Positions 39,582-49,539 are shown, numbered from the stretch's first letter. The stretch is DNA of 64,000 nt from Desulfobacterales bacterium (GCA_963674755.2 CAXXVS010000003.1:2336001-2400000); one strand, 5' to 3'. Translations and numbers: made by a program. The notes: generated by a model not told the origin, from the sequence alone.

Positions 39582-40970
39582 ATGCTCAAAGACGTCAGGA
39601 TTCCGGAAATCAGCGAAAATGTCACCTCCGGCAGCATCGTCGAAGTGCTGGTGGCGGTGGGTGATACCGTGGCCGTGGACGACGTGCTGGTGGAGATGGA
39701 GACCGAAAAGGCGGTGGTCGAGATCCCCTCCCCCTATGCCGGAGAGATCCGCGAGATTCTGGTCAAGGCCGGGGAGGAGAAAAACATCGGCGATGTCATC
39801 GCCCGGATCGAGGTCAGCGACGCCGAAGCTGAAGAAGATCAAAGGGACGAAGCCCCCGGGGAAGAGGATGCCGGTCAAAACGATAAGGCCGCGGAGCCCG
39901 TGGAAGACCGCCGGGTAGCAGCGGAAAATGCGGACAGTGCCCGGCCTTCAGACGAGGAAAGCGGCACGGCCGAATCATCGGTCAAGACGGAATCCCCGGC
40001 ACCCCAAAGGAAAGCGGAAGCCGCAGCGTCCGCGCCCCGGGATGACGACGCCGCGCCTCCTGCTCCGGCGGCGCCCTCCGTGCGGCGCATGGCCCGCGAG
40101 CTGGGAGTCGACATCCATGATGTGCGCGGCAGCGGTCTCGACGGACGGATCAGCCAGGAGGATGTGCATGCCTATGTCAAGCAGCGCCTTGCGGGAGCGC
40201 CCGCCGGAAGGGGTAGCGCCGGGTCAACCGGGTCAGCCTTTGATCAGCCGGCCCTGCCTGATTTCAGCCGTTGGGGCACGGTCCGTAGGGAAAAACTGGC
40301 TACGGTGCGGCGGTTGACGGCGGAGCACACCAGCGCTTCCTGGCGCATGGTACCCCAGGTGACCCAGTTCGACGAGGCCGACATCGGCGAGGTGCAGGCC
40401 TTTCTCGACCGGCACGGCCGGGAGGCGGAGAAGAAAGGCGGCAAGCTGACCCTCACCGCGGTCCTGATGAGGGTCTGTGCCGTCGCGCTGCAGCGCTACC
40501 CGGGCTTCAATGCCAGCATCGATCCGGCCAACGACCAGATGATCTTCAAGGATTACGTGCATATCGGCATGGCCGTGGACACGCCCCGGGGACTGCTGGT
40601 GCCAGTAATCAGGGACGTCCAGGACAAAGGGATCATCGACCTGGCGGTGGAGATCGTGGATACGGCCCAGCGGGCCCGCAGCAAAAAGATCAAACCGGAA
40701 GAATTCGAGGGGGCCAGCTTCACGATTTCCAACCAGGGCGGCATCGGGGGGACGGGTTTTACGCCGGTGGTGGTCTGGCCCCAGGCCGCCATTCTGGGTA
40801 TCAGCCGTGCGCAGAGGAGACTGGTGGAGCGGGACGAGGATATCGTGAGCCGTACGATTCTGCCGTTGTGCGTCTCCTACGATCACCGGATTGTGGATGG
40901 GGCCGATGCGGCGCGGTTTTTGGACTTTATTTGCAGGAGTCTGGAGCAGGGGCTGACGCTATTGCTTTAG
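39582..40970 (+). CDS. aceF: Dihydrolipoamide acyltransferase E2 (single lipoyl domain)
   Basis: ETEKAVVEIPSP lipoyl site, AAPSVRRMAREL, SYDHRIVDGAD. Confidence 0.9.
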   Translation: MLKDVRIPEISENVTSGSIVEVLVAVGDTVAVDDVLVEMETEKAVVEIPSPYAGEIREILVKAGEEKNIGDVIARIEVSDAEAEEDQRDEAPGEEDAGQNDKAAEPVEDRRVAAENADSARPSDEESGTAESSVKTESPAPQRKAEAAASAPRDDDAAPPAPAAPSVRRMARELGVDIHDVRGSGLDGRISQEDVHAYVKQRLAGAPAGRGSAGSTGSAFDQPALPDFSRWGTVRREKLATVRRLTAEHTSASWRMVPQVTQFDEADIGEVQAFLDRHGREAEKKGGKLTLTAVLMRVCAVALQRYPGFNASIDPANDQMIFKDYVHIGMAVDTPRGLLVPVIRDVQDKGIIDLAVEIVDTAQRARSKKIKPEEFEGASFTISNQGGIGGTGFTPVVVWPQAAILGISRAQRRLVERDEDIVSRTILPLCVSYDHRIVDGADAARFLDFICRSLEQGLTLLL

Positions 40971-41136
40971 GGTTTCCTGATAAAGGGCATCTTGCGGCCC
41001 AGCTCGGCGTTCTCGCATTTTAGCAATCCTCGACGTAGTACTACTACGCAAGCTTACGCTTTAACGACTGCGCCGTCGGTTGCTAAAATACTGCGGCCTT
41101 GATCTGAACCACAATATACCCTTTATCAGAAAACCC
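40970..41136. repeat. MITE-like palindromic element (R2-related core)
   Basis: 17/18-bp TIR GGGTTTCCTGATAAAGGG/CCCTTTATCAGAAAACCC; core CCTCGACGTAGTACTACTACGC. Confidence 0.75.
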
Positions 41137-41236
41137 GCTCCAGGTTCATTTGTGTTTTTGGAACATTACGTTTACCCCTTACAACCAATTGCTAACCATC
41201 TGATGGTGTGGCGGACGGCAAAAGGAGAAAGACTAT

Positions 41237-42667
41237 ATGGGTGACCAATCGACGCAGCTGGCGGTGATCGGGGCCGGGCCGGGAGGGTATGCGGCGGCGT
41301 TTTTGGCGGCGGACCTGGGGCTGCAGGTGACGCTCATCGATCCGGAGGCCAATCCGGGGGGCGTTTGCCTCTACCGGGGCTGCATTCCGTCCAAGACCCT
41401 GCTGCATGCCGCCCAGATGGTGCAGGAGGCCCGTAACGGCGATCAGTGGGGGCTGATGTTCACAGGCCTTTCGGTGGATGTCGATATACTGCGGCGGAAG
41501 AAAGACTCGGTGGTGACCCAGTTTACCGAGGGGCTCGGGCAGCTGGTCAAGCGCCGCAAAATCGAGCATATCCGAGGCCATGCCGTCTTTGCGGACGAGA
41601 AGACGTTGACCGTCGAGGATCTGGACGGCCGGACGCACCGTCTGGCTTTCGAGCAGGCCATCATCGCCACGGGGTCCCGGGCCGTGACCCTGCCCTTGTT
41701 CGCCGATGCCGGCGACCAGGTGCTCGACGCCACGGCGGCCCTGGAACTGGAAGATATTCCCGAGCGGCTCCTGGTGGTGGGCGGGGGCTACATCGGGCTC
41801 GAGCTGGGCAGCGTCTATGCCGGCCTGGGGTCCAGGGTGAGCGTGGTGGAAATGACACCGGAGCTGTTGCCCGGCGTCGACCGGGACCTGGTGCGGTTTC
41901 TCCACAAACGCCTGAAAAATTTGTTCGAGGAAATCCAGCTCGAAACGGCTGTGACGGCCGCCAAGGCACAAAAGAACGGCGTCATGGTCAGCATCAAACA
42001 TAAAGATGGAGAGGCGCAGAACCGCCTGTTCGACAAGGTCCTGGTGGCCGTGGGCCGCCGCCCCCGGAGCGACGGTCTGGGGCTTGAAAAGATCGGGGTC
42101 GCCACGGACGAGCAGGGGTTCATTCGCGTGGACCCCCAACGCCGCACCCATCTTTCGCACATCTTTGCCATCGGGGATGTGGCCGGCCAGCCCATGCTGG
42201 CCCACAAGGCTTCCCACGAGGGGCGCGTGGCCGCAGAGGCGATTGCCGGGCAGAAATCGGCCTTCGATCCCCTGGCCATTCCGGCGGTGGTCTTCACCGA
42301 ACCGGAGATCGCCTGGGCCGGCCTGACCGAAACCCAGGCCAAGACCAAGGGGATCAAATACGAGGTGGCCCGCTTTCCCTGGGGCGCCTCCAGCCGGGCC
42401 GCCACCCTGGGCGCCCCCGACGGCCTCACCAAATTGCTCGTGCACCCGGGAAGCGAGCGCATCCTCGGCGTCGGCCTGGTGGGCAGCGGGGCCGGCGAAC
42501 TCATCGCCGAAGGCACCCTGGCCATCGAAATGGGGGCCAATGTCACCGACCTGGGTTTGACCATCCATCCCCACCCCACCCTCAGCGAAACCCTGATGGA
42601 AGCCGCCCACGTGTTTCACGGCACGGCGGCCCACTATTACAATCCCCGGCGCAAAAAGCGCCGCTAG
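41237..42667 (+). CDS. lpdA: Dihydrolipoyl dehydrogenase E3
   Basis: GAGPGGY, GGVCLYRGCIPSK, GGGYIGLE, HPHPTLSE. Confidence 0.95.
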   Translation: MGDQSTQLAVIGAGPGGYAAAFLAADLGLQVTLIDPEANPGGVCLYRGCIPSKTLLHAAQMVQEARNGDQWGLMFTGLSVDVDILRRKKDSVVTQFTEGLGQLVKRRKIEHIRGHAVFADEKTLTVEDLDGRTHRLAFEQAIIATGSRAVTLPLFADAGDQVLDATAALELEDIPERLLVVGGGYIGLELGSVYAGLGSRVSVVEMTPELLPGVDRDLVRFLHKRLKNLFEEIQLETAVTAAKAQKNGVMVSIKHKDGEAQNRLFDKVLVAVGRRPRSDGLGLEKIGVATDEQGFIRVDPQRRTHLSHIFAIGDVAGQPMLAHKASHEGRVAAEAIAGQKSAFDPLAIPAVVFTEPEIAWAGLTETQAKTKGIKYEVARFPWGASSRAATLGAPDGLTKLLVHPGSERILGVGLVGSGAGELIAEGTLAIEMGANVTDLGLTIHPHPTLSETLMEAAHVFHGTAAHYYNPRRKKRR

Positions 42668-42732
42668 GGATATCCCTGCCGACCGATCTGAAATGCCATG
42701 GCCGCCATCGGCAGCCGGCAGCCGGGTCGGGC

Positions 42733-42773
42733 TTGACATTTTAGAGCATCATTTGATATGCAACAAATGATGC
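42733..42773 (+). promoter_or_regulatory. Sigma70 -35 box and overlapping TetR-type operator
   Basis: TTGACA 42733-42738; perfect inverted repeat GCATCATTTG-N8-CAAATGATGC at 42746-42773. Confidence 0.6.
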
Positions 42774-42828
42774 ATAACATATGATTTCTATCCGGAAAAC
42801 CGACCACGCCTTTAGCGGAGGAATTTTC

Positions 42829-43407
42829 ATGCCCCCCAAATTCAAATTCACCCGGGAGGAAATTGTTGCAGCGGCGCTCACGATCGTGCGGCAGGGCGGC
42901 TGGCCGGCCCTGACCACCCGATCCCTGGCCGAAGCGCTCAACGCCTCGGCCCGGCCCATTTACTCTTTCTTCGGATCCATGGCCGAGGTCGAAGAAGAGG
43001 TGGTCAAAAAGACCGTCGATCTGCTCTACCGGCGCATGCTCCGGAAAGAAACCGGCGATCCCTGGCACGATCACGGCATCGGCTATGTCCTTTTCGCCAG
43101 GGAAGAAAAGGCCCTCTTCCGGGCCGTCAACGATGAACACCATATTGCCCTTTTCAAAAGGTACGGCGATATGATCTGGGAGACCCTGACGACGGCGCTG
43201 TCCGACTACCCGCTTTTTAAGGAACTGACCCCGGAACAGGTCGACCGGATCCAGCTCCATCGCTGGCTCTTCGCCCATGGGATGGCCTTTTCGGCCAGCA
43301 ACCCTCCCCCGCAAACATGGACCCGCAAAAAGATCGTGACGGCTATGCAGGAGGGCAGCCAGGCCATTTATCATGGGTTGCGGCAGCAATTTCAATCGCC
43401 ACCATAA
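42829..43407 (+). CDS. TetR/AcrR-family regulator
   Basis: MPPKFKFTREEIVAAA..LTTRSLAEALNASARPIYSFF. Confidence 0.88.
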   Translation: MPPKFKFTREEIVAAALTIVRQGGWPALTTRSLAEALNASARPIYSFFGSMAEVEEEVVKKTVDLLYRRMLRKETGDPWHDHGIGYVLFAREEKALFRAVNDEHHIALFKRYGDMIWETLTTALSDYPLFKELTPEQVDRIQLHRWLFAHGMAFSASNPPPQTWTRKKIVTAMQEGSQAIYHGLRQQFQSPP

Positions 43408-43423
43408 CCAGAAGGAGGAGACC

Positions 43424-44296
43424 ATGGCAGCAAGCGATCCCCGAAAAATGGCGTTGCAGATCGCCGGCCTGCGGGCCAATGAAACCCACTTGCCGGAGAA
43501 TGAACGGGTGTTCGAAGATCCCTATGCGGAATGGTTCTTTCCCGAGGATGTCCGGAAAATGTTCCAGGACCCGGATTTGGTCAAAGCCGAACGGGCCAAG
43601 TATGAAAGCGTCATGCCCGGGGTCAACGGGGCCATCGTGGCCCGCATCCGCTACATCGATGAATGCCTTCTCGGATTGTTGGGGGAAGGCCTGCAGCAAT
43701 TGGTCATCATCGGCGCCGGCTACGACACCCGGGCTTATCGTATTCCCGGCGTGGGGGAAGCCCTCAAGGTGTTTGAAGTGGACCATCCCCTGACCCAGGA
43801 AACCAAAATCGAAACCATCCGGAAGATATTCGGGGCGTTGCCGGACCACGTGGTTTTCGTACCGCTGGTCTTCGGGGCGGACCGGCTGGACCACAGGCTG
43901 GTGGCGCATGGTTATGATTCAAGTCGCAAAACGCTCTTCATCATAGAGGGGCTGCTCATGTATATTCCCGAACCGGCCGTGGAGGCGCTCTTGACGTTTG
44001 TTGCCGGCAACTCCGGTTCGGGGAGCGCCCTCGTCGGGGATTATTTCGACCACACCGTCATCGAAGGCGCCAGCCCGCTGCCGGAAGCCCGGGCGCTGAA
44101 AGCGTTTGTCGAGCAGGAAGGGTCGGCCCTGCGGTTTGGCTTCGAGGAAGGGCAGGTCGGGGCTTACCTCAGAGACCGCGGCTTCGCGGAGGTGGTGACC
44201 GTCAATGCCCTGGCGTGCAAAGCCAGATACTTCCCTGCCGCCGGCCCTGAACGACGGGTGTCGTCCATGTTCAATTTTGTCAGGGCGGTGGTCTGA
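43424..44296 (+). CDS. SAM-dependent methyltransferase (leucine carboxyl methyltransferase-like)
   Basis: DPYA, QLVIIGAGYDTRAYR, FEVDHP, IEGLLMY. Confidence 0.88.
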   Translation: MAASDPRKMALQIAGLRANETHLPENERVFEDPYAEWFFPEDVRKMFQDPDLVKAERAKYESVMPGVNGAIVARIRYIDECLLGLLGEGLQQLVIIGAGYDTRAYRIPGVGEALKVFEVDHPLTQETKIETIRKIFGALPDHVVFVPLVFGADRLDHRLVAHGYDSSRKTLFIIEGLLMYIPEPAVEALLTFVAGNSGSGSALVGDYFDHTVIEGASPLPEARALKAFVEQEGSALRFGFEEGQVGAYLRDRGFAEVVTVNALACKARYFPAAGPERRVSSMFNFVRAVV

Positions 44297-44430
44297 GAAA
44301 CACGTGTTTGCGAATGTGATATGCTTTTGTTGCGTGGCCCATGAGGGCTGGGCGGGGCGCCGATGTATGAAAATGGGGCAATAAACGACTTGACAAAAAA
44401 AGAGAAATCGATATGAAAGACGGACATAAT

Positions 44431-44591
44431 GATCAGGCGCTCAAAATGAGCTGAAAAGGGAACCCCGTTAAAATCGGGGACGGGCCCGCCGCTGTGATCG
44501 GGGACGAAATCCGCTCAATGCCACTGCCTGCATGAAGGACGGGAAGGCGCGGAAACTAGGACGAACCGAAAGTCAGAAGACCTGCCTGATC
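44431..44591 (+). ncRNA. Cobalamin (B12) riboswitch
   Basis: AAAGGGAA..CCGTTAAAATCGG..GCCCGCCGCTGTGA, GCCACTG..GGGAAGGC, B12 box AGTCAGAAGACCTGCC; upstream of cbiK. Confidence 0.93.
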
Positions 44592-44651
44592 TTTGGAGCG
44601 CTGTCATCGCGGACAAAGGTGCGCTCAAGCCGATTCTGTGGAAAAAGGGAC

Positions 44652-44690
44652 TTCCCGGGTCGATCATCGATCGAACCGGGATTTTTTTTC
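44652..44690 (+). terminator. Intrinsic terminator (riboswitch expression platform)
   Basis: TCCCGGGTCGATC-ATC-GATCGAACCGGGA followed by a T run. Confidence 0.7.
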
Positions 44691-44803
44691 GATTAGTGCC
44701 GGTCAGGACTGTTACGCAGCACTCCCCACAGGATTGCGACGGTCACAATACGGCCATGATTTTTGCGGTCCACCGCGGGACCTTTTTTTCCGGAGCCTAT
44801 GCC

Positions 44804-45607
44804 ATGACGAATCATACCCCCATTGTGCTGGCCGCCTTCGGCACCTCCAGCTGGGCCATGGATACCTACCGTATGATGGGCGCGGCCGTCAAAGCCGCTT
44901 TTCCGCTTCATCACGTTGTTTGGGCGTATACTTCCCGGATCATCCGCTCGCAGATGCGCAAGCACGGTCATGCCGACCTGAAAAGCCCCGCGCAGGTCCT
45001 GGCCGAACTGGGGCAAACAGGCCATGAATGGGCCGTGGTCCAATCGCTGCACCTTATTTGCGGCCATGAGTTCTACCGGCTGGTGGACGAGGTCAACGAC
45101 AGCGCCATCCGTACCAGTATGGGGCTGCCGTTGTTGACCGCACCGGAGGACTACCGGGATGTCGCCGCGGCAATTCTCGCAACGCATCCGAATGTCGGTG
45201 GCACGGCTGTGGTCCTGGTGGGCCACGGGACGGATCATCCGGCCTGGACCGCCTATCCGGCCCTGGCGCAGATCATCGGGGCCGCCGGCGGCACACATGT
45301 CCACATGGCCACCATCGAGGGGGCGTCGTCAATGGACGAAACCGTCGCTGATGTTCTCCGGTCGGGCGCTCGGCACGTCCTTTTGATTCCCCTGATGCTG
45401 GTGGCCGGCGTGCACCTCCAGGAGGATATCGCCGGGGACGACGGCTCCTGGAAACAGGCCTTTTTAGAAGCCGGCCTGTCCGTAACCGTTGGGAGCAAGG
45501 GGTTGGGCCGGCACCCGGCCGTCATCGACATTTTCATCCGCCATATCCGGGATGCGCTCGCGACGATTCCGGACAGGGCGCCGGCCCGCGATCGAAGAGA
45601 TTGCTGA
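44804..45607 (+). CDS. cbiK: Sirohydrochlorin cobaltochelatase (cytoplasmic CbiK)
   Basis: IVLAAFGTS, QSLHLICGHEF, VGHGT, PLMLVAGVH; B12 riboswitch upstream. Confidence 0.88.
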   Translation: MTNHTPIVLAAFGTSSWAMDTYRMMGAAVKAAFPLHHVVWAYTSRIIRSQMRKHGHADLKSPAQVLAELGQTGHEWAVVQSLHLICGHEFYRLVDEVNDSAIRTSMGLPLLTAPEDYRDVAAAILATHPNVGGTAVVLVGHGTDHPAWTAYPALAQIIGAAGGTHVHMATIEGASSMDETVADVLRSGARHVLLIPLMLVAGVHLQEDIAGDDGSWKQAFLEAGLSVTVGSKGLGRHPAVIDIFIRHIRDALATIPDRAPARDRRDC

Positions 45608-45614
45608 GCCCCTT

Positions 45615-45878
45615 TCATTCATGGGGATGGTCGTGGGGCTCCTTTTCATGACCCGGATGGTCGTGCTCGTGGGGACCGTGCTCGCCGGTATGTTCGTGAT
45701 CGTGCACATGATCGTCGGCCCCATGATGATGTTCATGGCTGTGTTCGTGGTGATGGGGATGGTGGTGGGTGTGGCCGTGCTCATGGCTGTGCGCCTGCCC
45801 GTCGTGGGTGTGTTCGTGTGAGTGGGTGTGCTCGTGTTCATGCTCGTGGTCATGCTGATGGGGGTGTTTGCCTTCCAT
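45615..45878 (-). CDS. Histidine-rich metal-binding protein (38 His in 87 aa)
   Basis: MEGKHPHQHDHEHEHEHTHSH...; AAGGAG RBS; directly downstream of the nik operon. Confidence 0.8.
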   Translation of the reverse strand: MEGKHPHQHDHEHEHEHTHSHEHTHDGQAHSHEHGHTHHHPHHHEHSHEHHHGADDHVHDHEHTGEHGPHEHDHPGHEKEPHDHPHE

Positions 45879-46047
45879 TGCGTGGTTCTCCTTTTCGTGT
45901 TCGGGGGGTGTGGTGGCGTTCACCGCTAGTGGTGAATCCTACTGCTGTCCTCATGATGTTCACGTCATGATCTCCACCTCCGGTAGCGAAGGACCCGGAG
46001 CGGTCCTGCCGAACCGGGGTGTATTTCCAAGAAAGGGATGATGTCGG

Positions 46048-46851
46048 TCAGCCTGTCATGCATTGGGCCGGAGGCATGGCAGGGAGCATGGCAGCGGCCA
46101 GTTGTCCCAGAGATCCTGTCATTTGGGCCTGGCGATCGTGCCGGTGGTCAAATGCCACCAGAACGCCATCCTCCATGGCAACGGCATGGTCGCAAAAGCG
46201 TTTCACCAAGCGCAAATCGTGGGTGATGAATAAATAGGCCACACCTTCTTCCGAGCGTAAGTCATCCAGCAGATCGAGAATTTTGGCCTGTACAAGCATG
46301 TCCTGGCTAGATACGGCTTCGTCTAGAATAATGCAGCGTGGCTTGGCGGCAAGGGCTCGCGCAATCGAGATGCGCTGAAGCTGCCCCCCGCTAAACTGCG
46401 ATGGGTGTTTGGTCGCATCGTCTCTACGCAAGCCCACCTTTATCAGCAGATCCGCCACCCGTTCATCGAGGGCCCTGCCGCGCAACCGCTCGAAATTGCG
46501 CAAAGGCTCGGCAATGATGCTTTTCGCCGTGAGCCTTGGGTTTAGAGAGCCCACGGCATCCTGAAATACCACCTGCAAAGCACGCCGCTGATCACGATCA
46601 ATGTGCACACGGTTGCCAACCACCGTGGGTCTGCCTAGGATGCGCACTTCTCCATCCGTGGGAGCTTCGAGGCCCAGCATGATGCGCCCCAGCGTGCTTT
46701 TTCCTGATCCGCTACGGCCCACAAGCCCCACACATTCTCCCTCGGCGACGGAAAGGTTGACGCCCTTGAGGACGGGAACACGTTTAGCCCTGCTGAAAAA
46801 TCCACCGCACCTATAGGTTTTGGTCACCCCGTGCGCCTCGATGATGTTCAT
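46048..46851 (-). CDS. nikE: Nickel ABC transporter ATP-binding subunit
   Basis: GRSGSGKS, FSGGQLQRI, ILDEAVS; position in the operon. Confidence 0.85.
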   Translation of the reverse strand: MNIIEAHGVTKTYRCGGFFSRAKRVPVLKGVNLSVAEGECVGLVGRSGSGKSTLGRIMLGLEAPTDGEVRILGRPTVVGNRVHIDRDQRRALQVVFQDAVGSLNPRLTAKSIIAEPLRNFERLRGRALDERVADLLIKVGLRRDDATKHPSQFSGGQLQRISIARALAAKPRCIILDEAVSSQDMLVQAKILDLLDDLRSEEGVAYLFITHDLRLVKRFCDHAVAMEDGVLVAFDHRHDRQAQMTGSLGQLAAAMLPAMPPAQCMTG

Positions 46852-46864
46852 ACAGGACCTCCTG

Positions 46865-47695
46865 TCAGTTGCACCTGGCTTCCATGTCGATGCCGTACAG
46901 TCGATAATGGGCTTCCAGTAGAGAGATGGTATAGGGATGGCGCGGCTTATTGAAAACGGCCTGCACATTTCCGCGTTCTAATATCGCTCCTTCGCGCATC
47001 ACCAGCACTTCATCGGCCAGGTGTGCAATCACTGAAAGATCGTGGGTTACGAGAAGCACCCCAAGGTCCCGGTCGCGGACCAACGACGCCATAAGATCCA
47101 GGACACGCCTCTGGGACACCGCATCGAGATCGGTGGTGGCCTCGTCGGCCAGCAGGAAGTCGACATCGAGTGCCAAGGCCAACGCAATCATGACGCGCTG
47201 GAGCATTCCGCCGCTCATCTGAAAAGGATAGAGCGGCAGAATGGCTTCCGGCTCATCAAAGCCTACTTTGGCGAGCGAAGAACACCATTGCGGTTTGGTG
47301 TTGTCAAAACGGGACGCATGATGCGCCGCCAATGTCTCCCGAAAGTGGGTTTTAATGGTGCATACGGGATTAAAACAGCTTATCGGATTCTGGAGGATCA
47401 TGGCGATGCGACTGCCGCGCGATTCACGGGCCAGCGCGGCCTTCCGGGGCGCCAGGGGCATGCTGATCCCGTCCAGCAACACGGTACCCGCAACGAACAG
47501 TCCCCTGGGCGGCAGACCCATAATGGTCTGGCATGTGAGCGACTTCCCGCTGCCGCTTTCCCCCACCAGCCCGGTCACGCATCCCTTTTCCGCCGTAAAA
47601 CTCAACCCATTGACCAACGCCCTGTCGCCGGCATGGATGCTTAGATCGCGAACATTCAGATAGGCCCGGGAGCGGGCAAGCGCCGATGCTGTCAT
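46865..47695 (-). CDS. nikD: Nickel ABC transporter ATP-binding subunit
   Basis: [30 protein letters not shown]. Confidence 0.85.
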   Translation of the reverse strand: MTASALARSRAYLNVRDLSIHAGDRALVNGLSFTAEKGCVTGLVGESGSGKSLTCQTIMGLPPRGLFVAGTVLLDGISMPLAPRKAALARESRGSRIAMILQNPISCFNPVCTIKTHFRETLAAHHASRFDNTKPQWCSSLAKVGFDEPEAILPLYPFQMSGGMLQRVMIALALALDVDFLLADEATTDLDAVSQRRVLDLMASLVRDRDLGVLLVTHDLSVIAHLADEVLVMREGAILERGNVQAVFNKPRHPYTISLLEAHYRLYGIDMEARCN

Positions 47696-48593
47696 TGATA
47701 GGCCTCCTGAAGACTTTCGGAAGATGCCGCGGCCGCGCGGGGGGCGTTGTCCGCGACTTGCTGTTCCAGAGCCTGTGGGTCCAGCGCATCGCGCAGGGCG
47801 TCGCCAAGCAGGTTGAAGGCCATGACCGTGACGAAAATGGCCAAGCCCGGAACCATAATCAGCTCCGGATGTGTCCAGACATATTGACGCGCGTCCGCGA
47901 TCATGACGCCCCATTCCGGGGTCGGCGGTCTGACGCCCAGCCCAGAAAGGAAAGGCCCGAGACATGCATCATCATATGGCCGATATCAAGGGTGGCCAGG
48001 ATGGCCAACTGGGCGAAAACCGGGGGCAGAACGTGCCGCACCATCGTCATGAACCTTCCCGTGCCCGAAACCCTTGCCGCGAGTACATGCTTCCGATTTT
48101 TCAAGGCCAATACCAGACTGCGGATGATGCGTGCGTACCAGGCCCAATGGGTCAGGGACACGGCCAGAATGACATTGACGATTCCTGTCCCCAGCACCCC
48201 GATCATGAACATGGCCAGGATGAAGGTGGGGAAGGTGAGAAATACATCGCAAATGCGCATTAGGGTCGAATCAAAGGCCCCGCCCGCGTATCCCGCCGTG
48301 GCCCCTACGGCAAACCCAAACAACAGGATAACGCCCGCAATGATCGCCACAGCGCCCAGCGAGGTGCGGGCGCCGTAAAGAAGCCGCGACAGCACGTCCC
48401 GTCCGAGGTGATCGCAGCCCAGCGGATGAGCGCGGCTTGGTTCCGCAAACTTATCCGCCAGAGCGATTTCGGTGGGATCATGCGCTGTCAGAAACGGCGC
48501 GCACAGGGCGGACAAGGTCAGGATGAGCACGGCAACAATGGAAAAGGCCACAAGGCCCCGGCGCAGATACCGTTTTAACCCGTTGGGCGTCAT
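47692..48593 (-). pseudogene. nikC: Nickel ABC permease NikC with a 1-nt frameshift at 47941-47943 (possibly an assembly error)
   Basis: LGCDHLGRD, THWAWYAR; adding one G restores [24 protein letters not shown]. Confidence 0.85.
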
Positions 48594-49531
48594 TGGCCGC
48601 CTCCTTCATAGCGAATCCGCGGATCGAGCCAGGCGTAGCAGATATCGACAACCAGATTCATGGTGACAAAGATCGTGGTCATGATGAGAATAAAGCATTG
48701 CATGATCGGATAGTCGCGATTGTAAATGGCAGACACCGCATAGCGGCCCACTCCCGGCCAGGCAAAAATCGACTCGGCGATGACCGCCCCGCCGAAAAGC
48801 TCGCCCACATGCATGCCCACGGCCGTAATGACCGGGATGAGCGAGTTGACCAGCACATGTCGTCCCACCACCACGGACTCCGGCAATCCCCGGGCCCTGG
48901 CGTAGAGAACGTACCGCGAGTGCATGTTATCGAGCATATTGGCACGGATCAGCCGGGTGTTGATGCCCAGCGACATGAGGGACATGGTCAGCACGGGCAT
49001 CACCATGTAGGCGGGGCCGCCCTTGCCCATGGGCGGCAGCCAGCCAAGTTTGATCGAAAACAGCCAGACAAGAAGGAAACCGAACCAGAAGTTCGGCATG
49101 GATACACCGAAAAAACTTAGTCCCCGGGTGAGGTGGTCTGGCAGTTGGTCCTTTTTCAGCGCCGCAACCATGCCCAGGGGCACGCTTAGCACCAAGGTGA
49201 GCAGCAATGAAGCCGCGGCCAGGATAAGCGTGTTGGGAAGGTAGTAGAGAATTTCATCTAGCACCGGATTCTTGGTCACGTAGGAGCGGCCGAAGTCCCC
49301 CCGCACAGCCCGGCCAAGCCAATCCAGATATTGCACGTGCAGCGGGCGGTCCAATCCAAGCTCGGCACGCGCAACGGCCAGGGCCTGATCCGTAGGGGGG
49401 ATGTTGGACATCCGCAGATAGGACATGGCCGGATCCCCTTCGCCGAGGCGCAGAATGCCGAAGACTACCAGAGACACCGCCAGGAGGATGAGGGGCAGCA
49501 ACGCCAATCGCTTGAGAATGTATCGTAACAT
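48590..49531 (-). CDS. nikB: Nickel ABC transporter permease
   Basis: GDPAMSYLRMS, SMPNFW, YARARGL, IYNRDYP. Confidence 0.9.
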   Translation of the reverse strand: MLRYILKRLALLPLILLAVSLVVFGILRLGEGDPAMSYLRMSNIPPTDQALAVARAELGLDRPLHVQYLDWLGRAVRGDFGRSYVTKNPVLDEILYYLPNTLILAAASLLLTLVLSVPLGMVAALKKDQLPDHLTRGLSFFGVSMPNFWFGFLLVWLFSIKLGWLPPMGKGGPAYMVMPVLTMSLMSLGINTRLIRANMLDNMHSRYVLYARARGLPESVVVGRHVLVNSLIPVITAVGMHVGELFGGAVIAESIFAWPGVGRYAVSAIYNRDYPIMQCFILIMTTIFVTMNLVVDICYAWLDPRIRYEGGGQ

Positions 49532-49539
49532 GGCGGCGC

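Noticed and set aside
45489..45821. Met/Val-rich hydrophobic plus-strand ORF resembling a membrane protein
   Set aside because: It is the reverse complement of the CAT/CAC codons of the His-rich gene and overlaps cbiK.
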